From NCBI RefSeq assembly GCF_037042905.1, contig NC_087252.1, positions 22,074,001 to 22,138,000 of the forward strand: 64,000 bases of DNA, given 5' to 3'. A program made the position numbers and the translations under genes. The notes beneath the pieces were generated by a model, which worked only from the letters and a program-made list of their open reading frames with translations, ran no database searches and was not told the origin of the DNA. Below, in pieces: positions 13,101-25,100 of this stretch; the stretch's first letter is position 1; every line of letters starts with the position of its first letter. This DNA is from Lytechinus pictus (lineage: Eukaryota).

Positions 13101-16100
13101 CGTTTGTATGTGTGACGGTGACCCCTAGCGTAATTAAATATAGAAAACAACTCAGAAGGCCGAGAAAGAATAATACGTTTGGTTCAAGATTGTTCTGTGG
13201 AATGAGCTATGAGTGGAAATGATCCAGAGGATATAAAAGTGGAGTCAAAGACAAAAGAAAAGAAGAAAAAACGCCAGGGGATCGCGGCACGGCCATGAAC
13301 TAAGTCGACATACCAGACCATAACAGTACACTCAATGCCTGTACGTACCGGGTGTTGTGTGTACTAGTATTATGCGTTCAGCGCGCGCTGAGCGAGAGCT
13401 GAGCTAGCTGCCGGAATTACTTTCCAGCTATTCACTTGATTGAACATCGTGAAAATAAATGAGAAATAGTGAAAATATCATTCAATAACTCACTGTTTGC
13501 TATCTTACATCATGATTGAAGAGTTCATGATGGTTATTCATACTGTTTTTTATACAGGGAAAGTAAAGATTTGTACATATCAGTCCTATTTGTTTGATTT
13601 GAATTGCTTTGAAAAAAAATTGTAAAATATCTTTCTCTCTCTGCATAGCATTTCTGTATGACATTCAGGCACCTCTTATACTAAATTCCCCCCGGTGACG
13701 TCACACTCCGAGTGGCTTTTCTGTACACTCGTCTCTCGGGCTCTGACAGGTGGCTAATTTCATTGACTTTCAAAGCAAAATATCGAGAAGGCAGAGGATT
13801 TTTGTGACATGCTATCTGTTTGAACAACTTATATATACTATATATTGTTTGTAGAACCTATATTTATGGAAACTCACCCCCTTCTTAATTCAACTTTGAG
13901 CGAAACTTTAAAATGTCATAACTTTATTTTACATCCGATTTTGATGAAATTTTCAGCGTTATGCTTGTTGGATTTTTCTCTTTTTATTCAAATCAACTTT
14001 TTGTTGGGGTGGACTTATCCTTTAAAAGATGGGAGATGGTGCCACCCTGTTTGGCTTTCAACGATTTCAGACGATTTAAGGGGTAGAGTAACATTGATCT
14101 GATGCTGCACTGTGGCTGCCGGACCAATGACAAAGGCAAATTGAATGAGCAGAGATTTCTATTTCAGATTTCATTTTAAAAACAATAAAATACGTATTTT
14201 CAGATTTTCGGATCACCATCATCACCACTTTCACCATCATTAACCACCATCACCATTATCGCCAAATCATCATCATCGTTATCGGCATCATCACCATCAT
14301 CATCATCACCATCATCATCATCACCATCATCATCATCACCATCATCACCATCAACATCATCATCATCATCATCATCACTATCATTCTCCTCATCACCAAA
14401 CCCCATTTGTATCTTTCTCTTCTTCCTCCACCTCCTCATCAATAATCATATTTCAAAATATAATACTCACCAAGCAGTGACATGTTCTCTTGACTTCATA
14501 CAATGGCTCATGGCACTGGTAGCCTCAGCAAGTCTTTTCTGCAGGACAGGCAGAAGTCTATTGGTCTGTTCCTTAGCATGGGACTCCACATCCTTGCATA
14601 AACCTGTTAAGAAGACATTGACAGATAATTAACTTATGTTGTGATTGATTATATGTGATTTAGAATTCTGTTTCTGTTTTGTTTTTTACTCTGTAGTAAC
14701 ACTGAAATAATCATATTTTTCACTTTCAAATTGATTCACACCATGCTGCACTCAAATGGTGAGGCAAATGGGTACCCGGCTGGAAACAGCAGCTCGAGCT
14801 AAAAATAGTGGTGCACCTCGGAATAGATAATTTATAGATAGAGGGCGCTATCTAACTGCTTATCATTATCATTAAACTTTGTTCAAAATCTATTATTACT
14901 CAGGATTAATTCCTTGAATACACAGCAATGGAAACGGTTGGCTCAAGCTATTAAAGCTAAGGGTACTAATATTAGTAGTGCGCCTCGGAATAGATTACTT
15001 CTATAAAGAGGGTACTGTATAAATACCTATTATCATTATCATGATAATTTTTTTTGCATAATAACTTCAGTGCCGATAGATCTGACCTTGAATGTGCTTG
15101 ATGATGTCTTGACCAGATTCCTCACTGTTGCCATAGTAACCAAGGACCTTCTGCGATTCAAGGATGCCCTCGATGTCGGCCATCTCTATTTTCAGTTCCG
15201 ACAGATAGGGGAAGAGACATTCTGGGGCCTGAATGACAAAGATCACAATTAATGGGAGCTGATTTTTCAAATATAGAAACTGTTCAATGTAAATTTAATA
15301 TATAAATAGCAGATTTGAGATTGTACCTTTCACACAACATACATTTTATGATAAAATATCAAATTTTGTATGACAGTGAAGACAAATTTTGGAAATAAAT
15401 GGTCTGGACATAGATTTACCACCATTCATCTATCTTTAAGGATATAGTGTGGCAATGAATTTCTAAAGAAGCTAGTGTGCTTCAATACTGACCTTGTACA
15501 TGGGGTATTTCAAGGCCGCCAAGATCTCCTGCAAGACTCCGCCTCCCGCTGATGGTGATTGGTTAGACAGGCGATTGATTGACAGCTGGCACACGGGAAC
15601 ATCCTCTCCACTATCATAGGAGCAAATGAAAAAGAATACACCATGGCATCTCATGAGTAATGGATACACCTAAATTCATCGTTATCAATTTTAATAGCTG
15701 CATCTTTTTTTTTGTGAAAAAGATGAAAATGGGATCTCAATTGAATACTTGGGTAAGATGAAACATAAATGTTGACAAGCATTCTTCATTCTAAGTACAA
15801 TGTGGAACAAATTTGAGACATATGATTATGATTTTCGTATTTTCTTTAAATAAAAAATAGCTTTATGGACAACAATCCCCCTATACCCACTGCATATTCA
15901 AACTGAGCAAAAAGTAATGTACAGTGATAAGCGCCAGTCAAGACATTCTATCACTCAAATTTTTTGACCACCATACCCAACCTGCCTCACACAAATTGAA
16001 TACCCCCACTGATAAAGATAATGGTATCAACCCCCTCCAATCTAGAGCGGTAATCTGAAGATGATGAAGTGATGCAAATAGTTCAACCTCCCGGGTGATG

Positions 16101-19100
16101 CGATTCAAACATTACGATTCATATACCCCATCACCAACCCCCTACCTATTACAACAGATCATAACCTGTCTAAATTAACTGACCTTTCAAGAGCAGTAAT
16201 CTGGAGAAGATGAATAGGGAGTGATGCAAAGAGGTCGACCTCCCGGGTGATGCGATTCTTTAGCTTGGTTGTCATAGAAGCGGAACCAGCTTCATGAGCA
16301 CTGAGCTTCTGCTCGATGTACCTACCCAGCTACACAGATTTATGGAAAGGGCAAAAGAAGGAAAAAGATGGGAGAAAGAGGGGAAGGAGAAGGAAAAGAA
16401 GGAAAAGTAATAGGAGAAAAAGGAGAAGAAGGAGGAGAAGATGAAGAAGGAGAAGAAGGAGGAGGAGAAGGAGGAGAAGGTGAGGCAGGAGGAGAAGGAG
16501 GAAAATGAGGAGAGAAGAAGGAGAAGCAGAAGGAAGACAAGAACAAAAAAAAGGAAGTATACTGGTTTGGCCTATTAATACTTTCATCAATGATTCTAGT
16601 ATGTAACAATTGACAATGAAAACTATACTGACAGACATCCACACAAGGATTGTGAAGATGATTTCAGAAACCAATAAAGTAAACCATATTATGGTTGTTC
16701 CACTTTATATGTTTGTCATTTTGCCTCCGACGAAGATTCTGCTAGGATCGAAAGCTTAGGCCCCTTTTTGACTTTATAAAGTAAAAATAAAGCACATGTA
16801 TAATACAGTGACTGTATCAATGTATGATCTCAGAATAAGACAGAAATCAAACAAAAATAAAATGGTTTGTTGGTTCAGTTGGTAGAGCGTCCGTCTCGAG
16901 AGGTTCGGCGTGCAAGCTCAGGAGGGTCAGACCAAAAGACATTAAAAGTTTGTGCTATCCTGTTTGGCATTCTACGATTAAAGGATAGAGCAAAGTCAAT
17001 CGTGTGCTGTACAGTGGCTGCCGGGCCCACCATAAATTGAGCAAAATGAATTTTCAGAGTGTTTGTATATCAGATTTCTATTTCAAACAAGACCATATGG
17101 ATTTTCATTTTTGTTACATTTTCCTAGTCATTGTTGATAAACTGTACAATACACACATACAAGGAGATACAAAAATTATTTACAATGTATTTTTGTCAGC
17201 TTCCAACTTGAACATTGATCAGATAAATGCAACATCAATGTGTTCAAACTAAAGGGTAAATAGCCACTTGGTCTACTACACTCACTTTGTTTTATTTCTG
17301 TTTAGTCTAATCCTACAACCAGTCTGTCTACTCGTCATTTGGTCTAATTCCAATTTAGCCCATTTACCATTTGGTCTAATTTTCAGGGATTTTATACCCA
17401 ATTGCCCTAACATCACTAATGGGGAGTTGCAAGAAACTTGCGATCAATTGCAAGTAAATTTTTGCTCCCGAAATCAAGCATATGCCGTGCATTTAATTGC
17501 AAATTTGCGATTGATTGCTACTCTGCTCCATGAAACAAGGAGTGTAATCTGATTTGTTGTAGTTAAAAGTGATCAATCAATTGTAAAATTGCAACAGAAT
17601 ATTTGCGATTGATTGCAAATATTTTCTTGCAACACCCCCTTAGTCTACACATGGACCTATGAAGAGATGGACATTCATCGCTTAGATAATGAATTCACTA
17701 ACAGGTGACGGTAATTGTCATCTGAATAACATTCTCTTCATGCTAGTCTTCTTTGGTCCTATGATCGTCACCGTGAGAAGGGACTGAATTAGTTCGTGAT
17801 TGGACATTTATATTTCACAAATTATATGCGCAGTTGATAGAAAATCAATGAAATAATGGATAATCGATGTGCAGTTTTTGTTTACCTTTGTTAATCTTAG
17901 TTCCATGTGTTTTATTTGGGGAAATGTCTGCATATTTTAATATAGAGGCAATATCGTGATTGATTGTTTACTATTTAAAATTCAATTTTCCCAAGTTTCT
18001 CCATAATATTCCAGATATACGTGGCACATAACATGTGTAGATCGTGTATCTTTCAATGTTATTGAGGTCCTTATGTGTGAGCGGTAGTTAGCGGATCGAA
18101 TAATATCATATTTTATATCATAAAAATCGTCTGCTTCTCAAGTTTGCTGATCCATATATGAAGCATATTGACTGAAAGGCACATACTGAAACAGGGGATC
18201 AGCCAACAAAAATCAAGACCGGGAAACTGTTCCGTCTTTGAGTGATCAGATACCCTTGGTAGTCATGGTAATTGCTATTGTTACAACACCTGTATGTTCT
18301 CATTAAGATGCGCATAACCAGGTGACGGTGACTATCATTGGGTCAAAGAAATGCTCGCGTTAATCGTCCATCTTTTCATAGGTCCATGGTCTACATGTAT
18401 ATCATTAGATGAACTGTTCATGAAGTGAAAATTAAATCTGGGCAATTAGAGGAAATGGCAGTCAGACCCAAGAAATTTACATGATGTTCTTCGTAAAAAA
18501 AAATTGAAAAGCACACTGAATTTGCAAGAAAACAATGAATATATGATTATACATCACATCTAGAAAATATTTTGAATGAACATGCATTTTAGATGTTGAA
18601 GTTGCTGGACTTCCATAGTTGTGGTTGATTGGATCGATCATAACTCTTTGTGTAAGAGGTATAGTGCCACCTCTTGTCTGAGTTTACACATGGTCGAATA
18701 AATGTGACACGATGTGAGATTCGCCTTAGAAATGTCATCTTTTTGAGATCACTAGTTAGTAGCCTGAGAACCCGAATGACATATCAGCCACGATATGTAT
18801 ACACTTTGTAAGACGATGCCCAAGTGTACACATGTATTCAAAGTAAAGATTCAAATGAAGATTCAACATACCTCCTTTTGTTTATCTTCTAGTTTCTTTC
18901 TCCCATCCATGTTCTGTCTGACAAGAACTTGAATAAGGTTCTGTTTCTGATCCTGCAAATCAAACGGATCATTGAACTTTGTGAGCAGCTGATTAAAAAA
19001 AAATACTCAAACTAAGATAAAACATGTGTTTGAGTGCTTGTATTTGTCCTTAAAAAACCCTGAAACACATCACAATATAGGATGAAAAATTATAATTTAG

Positions 19101-22100
19101 ACACAAATAGCAATTTATTAGCCTCATTTTGATAGACATCTCTGAGATGCACTTGGCTTACGCCCAGTTTTCTCAAATTCAAAAAGTTTGTTGGCTGAGG
19201 TGACTGCCTTTTGGTGTGTATATGAACTCCTATGCATTATCAATAAAGTACCAAAGAGTGACGTCATCAATTTTCACGTTTTGCATATCAGCATTTTTCA
19301 TTCCATATTTTGGTAGAGCATGATGAAAATATCCCCGACTACCAGAATTTGGTGGGAATCGGTCCATGGGTGCCTTAGATATGACCTCAGGCTCATGAAT
19401 ACATAATTAGCCCCATGGAAGTCAGTGTATTATTGGCCTTGTTTTAAATGTTAGGAACCAGACCAATAATACACTGACTTCAATGGGGCTAATCATGTAT
19501 TCATGAGGTCATATCTTGAGGCCCAATAGACCGATTCCCACTAAATTTGGGTTAAGGGGGTTTTTCATCATGCTCTACCAAAGTATGGTATCAAAAACGC
19601 TGAAAAGCAAATAAAGGTTTTTTGTGACATCATCACATCGGTACTCTATATGAGTAGTTACACTGGGTGATTTCAAGTCCGGTGTTGGCCTTGGTGTTGG
19701 TGTTGAAATTCGGATTGCTTCCCCTGGCTCCAAAACTTATTCATAGTTTGAAAAATTGATCCAGATCACATTATTAACACCTCAACAACTAGCGAGTTAC
19801 TTTTCAGGACCATCTTCATTTTATGTTTGGCGTTATAATCGTGTAAAAATTGACCTAACATTACGTCTTACCCCCGTTTGGGAACGGACCGAAGTTCGGA
19901 TTGCAAACTGCGGTATTTCACCCCATTTTGCGTTCATAATCTGGCCTGTGGGGATTACCTGGCCAAGCGGGGTTGATCAGGCGGGTGTTTCATAAAGCTG
20001 TTCGTAAGTTAAGAGCGACTTTAACAACGACTGGTGATCATCGCCAGTTGTACCATTTACCGCAAGACATGATCACCAGTCGCTCTTAACTTACGAACAG
20101 CTTTATGAAACACCCGCCTGATCAACCCCGCTTGGCCAGGTAATCCCCACAGGCCAGATTATGAGCGTTGAGCCAAGGACGAAATGATAACAACAGCTGT
20201 GCTATTACGTAAGTCTTCTCTGCCTGTAGAAGGACCTTCGGAATTAAATTATTGTATTCGATATTTAATCACGTTTTCAAAGGCATATTGTATTCAGAAA
20301 TTCAATGCTAGCCCATTTTCAATTTCGAACAAAGAAAATCAACCTCGAAATAAGGAAAGTAAGTGAATAAAAAATGGCGACATATTTTCCCGGACCGCAC
20401 TCGGGCTGTTGCGTTATCTTCGGACCGAGGTCAAGAAACAGGTGTTTTGATACTTACATTGCATGCCTGGGGCAGTAGGGTTTTCGTACTTGGAGAAGAG
20501 GGGTATAGTGTTATCAAACGGAGCTCTTTCGTCATGACACCAACACCAAAAAGATCAACACCGTACTTGAAATCACCCACTGTGCATTCAAGGTGCATTG
20601 TACACACTGTACACAGGTTATGCTGGGTTCATCTAGAGTTCATGTGTTGTAGTACAGATTCGCTCTAAACACAGGGTCAATGTAACCAAACCTCATTCAC
20701 CCTCAATCCTCATTTCAGAACAAGAGCCTATGGCCCGTATTCTGAAGTCAGGTTTAACTTAGACCATGGTCTAACTCTGTGCTAAAATTATGGGAAGCCA
20801 AACATGTCAAAATTTTTATTATATGTTTCTTATGTTTACTGACAGTGCTCTTTCCTGATTCATCGAGGTGAAGACAATCATTTGTTTATACTTCCTGAAC
20901 AATTATGAATGCTTTGAGAGCCAAATGAGCTGAAATATGATATCTCTACTGTTAGTGATTTATGTAACAATTGGCTATCCATACTTAAACCACAACTTTA
21001 AACCTGAGTTTAAGTTAAACCCGACTTCAGAATACGGACCTATGTATTTACAAGATGAACTAACAAATCTCATTATACAGTCACATTCATATTCACATTG
21101 TTCTGGCTATGAATGACACTTCAACTTACGCTAAGTCCTTTAAAATCCTGTATCTTCTGATGCTTGGCATAGAGGGCCTCCTTGACCTGTCCCTCCGTAG
21201 CGGCGACCTCCGAAAGGTCATTCTTCAGGCTCCTCAGGCACTGGAGGGCGGCATTCGCAGACGATGCCTCTAGCTCCATACTGAACAATTTTCTACAGAA
21301 TAAGAAGTCACATTTTCATTTGCTTTGCAGCAATTTGAGATGCAAAAATGGAGATGACATGACTACATTACTGCAATTGACTTGTGGCATATTAACATTT
21401 AAAGTAATGTTTAACCCTAAAATGGCCGGGGGGGGTTGAATCAACCCCCCCCTCCACATTTTCTGCGATCATTCCGCCGCGCGAAATTTTTTGACCGCGC
21501 CACTCGCAGAGTTTATACTTTTAAGTCTCACGCATCTTTTGAGACCAAATTTACGACGCCCGGGTACGTGGTTCCCAAATTACGCAACATTTTGTAAGTG
21601 CTTGTAAGACCAAAAATTGTTCCAAAACGTGATTTTGTGTACAAAGTCAATGCAAATTGAGTTTTCTCATCTTATTCATAAAGATATGATTATTTTTACT
21701 TTAAACAGCTGAAAGCAATTGATTTTAGCATAATTATGCTTCAAAAAGGTTGTGCAATAAATCTGGTGAAAAAAACAAAGAAAAACAAAAGGTTGAAAAA
21801 CAAAGAAATACATAAGAAATTCATAAAACAATAAAATACATAAGAAATTGATTTCCAAACCGAAGTTTTTTTCAATTGCCATTGTTAAGAATGCTACAAA
21901 GAATATTTTTACCAAAAATTAGCATTCTAGGAGCTTCATTTAGTGAATTAGAGCAAAAAGTATGATTTATGCATAAATTAGCATAATTAATTCATATAAA
22001 ATAAAATCTCATTATTTTGGAAAATTTTACCATACAGCCTTGTAGATTACATTGCACACTACCAGCGTGCAAATTTTTGTGGCGCTCGCGCGATCGGCGG

Positions 22101-25100
22101 CCGAGATCTCAGGGGGGGGTTGAATCAACCCCCCCCCCCCAGCCACAGAACAGCCAAAAAAGCCCGGCCTAGTTAGGGTTAAGGTTTAAGATCTTGGCTC
22201 GCAAATCTGCTGAAGTTACCTGGCAAGTTCCAAAGCACCTGGATTGTTGCTGAACATAGCAGCTAGTTTTCCATCCACAGCTGCTGTTGTGTCCACCAAC
22301 TGTTTGTCCAGCTTCCAAGCTCGATTCCTGCTCTTCTCTGCCTCCATGAAAGTGTGGATGTGGGAGGCTTGCTTCTCCTGAAAGACATCAAGAACAAAAC
22401 CAAATCTTATCAAGTGGGGATGAATATCATCATCATTGTCCTCCTCCTCATCATCATCATCATCATCGTCATCAACATCATCATTGTAATCATAATCACC
22501 CTCCTCCTCCTCTTCATCATCATCATTGTCCTCCTCCTCCTCATCATCAGTACCATCATCACCATCATCATCTTCTTCATCATCATCCTCCTCCTCCTCG
22601 TCATCATAGTCATGATCCTCCTCCTCATCATCAGCACTATCATTGCTCCGACTTCCTTACCTCAATCATTTGGTGCACACTCTGTAGCTGACTTGGTCCT
22701 GTTGATGTGTCTTGGTAAAGTGCTCCGGACTCATACCTAAATCTGGACAGGTGACGTAGAACATGAACATAACGGTGAATACATGAAGAAAGGCATCCAC
22801 ATCAAGGGGGGTGTCACAAGAAACTTACAATTGATTGCAACATTTGCATTTTACTTTTAATTCCCAAATCAATTGAAAGTCATGCATATTGTTGCAAATT
22901 TGCGAATGATTGATGGTGAGCTTTTTCCATCAACAAGTATTAATTGGTTTGCCTTATTTTGTTGATATAGTTATTGATATTGAAGTTCAGATGCTTCAAC
23001 AAATACAAAAGTTTGTGTGTTAATAATCATGGAATTTGCAAAAATTGATCTATCACTTATAAGTTTGCATCTGAAGTTTTCAATTGCTGGCAAATACTTC
23101 TTGCAGCATGCAATACCAATAAGCCTTTTATCTATACCTAGACAGATTGACACCTCACGTATAATGGCAGCTCCCATTTCACACCTTGCTATCAATTCCC
23201 AAGCATATCTCTGCCAAATGCGTCCCTATGCGCTTCATTGGATATTATTACCCTGGCTTTAGCCCCGCAGCCCTTTACAGTGAGGTGACATTAAATTCCT
23301 GCCATTTACCCATTTACCCCACCTGGGTCGAGTGCAGCACAATGAGGACAAATTTCTTGCCGAAGAAAATTACGCCATGGCTGGGATTCGAACCCATGGC
23401 CCTCTGTTTCAAAGTCCGAAGACTAATCCACTGGGCCACAATGCTCCACATATAATTTTCACCCTTTTTCATTGTCTTTTGATCAACCCCATCTCCGCTG
23501 ACCCTGGACCCCTCATTTCAGGCGTCAGTTCTCAAAGAACCCTGTTTCATGTTATATTCCAGTTTCCAAGCACCTCTATTGCAGAGGCTCATATAAAGGT
23601 AGTTCTTAAGCCCCTCATTTCATATCAAGTTCAGTTCTTAATGATATGGTTTCGGATTTTGGGGGCCGCACATCCCTACCCCTTTCCAACACTCCCACCC
23701 CCCCAAAAAAAAAATCCTGCATTGACTAGGAAGTCAGTGAAAAAAAAAAACACAACAACAATAAAGACATACCTGAGTTCTTCAGCATCTTTCTTGATGT
23801 CAATGCCAGTCGTCATCTGTCTCAGGTCATGGGTCGTTTCCAAGGTGATGGTTGCTAAGGATTGGAGGACATCCTGCGGGGGATTCTCAGCCATGACCTT
23901 CTCAATCTCTGTCCAGATTTTGTCTTTAGTCGATTGCCTTAAGGTGCATTTAAAATATAGCAAATGACAGCTGAAAAGACTCACAATTCAGTTGTAGTAA
24001 AATACATGCTTATCTGTGTTCAGTGCTTGTGACCTTTGGAAGAATTGAATCAAATTTGTATCGTTTTGGAGATTCCATTTCTTTTCAGAAAACACCGGTG
24101 GTGTTTGGTGCATTAAAGCAGACTTCCACGACCATATACAGACAAACTGCTCAAATTAACAAACACCCAAAACTAAACAATAGTTTTAAGGTTATATACA
24201 ATAAACAGGAACTTTACAGTTTATTGATATCAAAATACAGTTGCTTTCATTGGATCCAAAAGTCTGTGACCCTTGACCTAATGATGACATGAACTACATT
24301 TAAATAATGTACTTACAATGATTGCTGATTGTTTGAGTATTTTCCTTGCAGCATCTCTCTCAGGAAAACTGTGATCTCACTGCACGCATCCCTCACAGTT
24401 TTCTACGTCAACAAGAGAAATGGAGAATGAAATAACTTTTACCATCTTCATACAATATTCGCAAGCAACTCTCACAGTAAGCCCTCTCAGAAAAAAAAAG
24501 AAGACGGTAATAAGATACTCTCAGGAATACAGTGATCTCACTGCACACATCCCTCACATTTTTCTACTTCGAGAGAAATGGGGAAGGAAAGAAATTCGAC
24601 CAAAATAAATCATGATTGAACAATACTCTCAAGCAGTAAGCCTTCCCAGGAAGAAAAAAAAAAATGAACATAAACAATTGTCAGTATTAGGGGATTTTGA
24701 GGCCAGGAAGGCAGTGGGCTTCCAAGGATATCTCGGGAACATAGTGATCACCACACGCATCCCTCACATTTTTCTAAGTCACAAAAGGAGATTGAGAAAG
24801 AAGAACGTTTACCAAAATAAATCATGTTTGTAAAATGTTCTAAAGCGGTAATAGGGAAATTCCGAGGGCAGGAGGGCAGTCGGGATCAACAGCTACTAGT
24901 TTCTCTGGAATAAAGATATCTCACCATATGGGCAATTCCATAGGTTGGTGGACATGAGCTCAATGTGTCTTTGTACATATAGCCCATCTGAACCGTAATG
25001 TGAGTAACCACTTTATCTGCACCCCTAGTAAAAACCATGTGTTCTTTATTTTTTGAATTATATACAAATTTGTCTCCCTAATATACTTCTTTGAAATGGA

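Larger units (their letters stand above)
11880..14190 (+). mobile_element. SINE split by two nested TTAA-targeting elements
   Basis: SINE head at 11880-11968 and tail at 14026-14190 match the intact copy at 16863-17090. Confidence 0.7.

Noticed and set aside
14200..14442. Poly-Asp ORF; likewise poly-Ile/Met ORFs at 22354-22740 and poly-Leu at 16330-16674
   Set aside because: Trinucleotide microsatellites within HAUS5 introns
23370..23450. tRNA gene candidates (also at 1745, 16863 and 30063)
   Set aside because: A/B boxes present, but no clean cloverleaf, and each continues into a SINE-like body
23332..23967. 211-aa plus-strand ORF
   Set aside because: Antisense shadow of HAUS5 exon 7 plus SINE sequence; no recognisable motif
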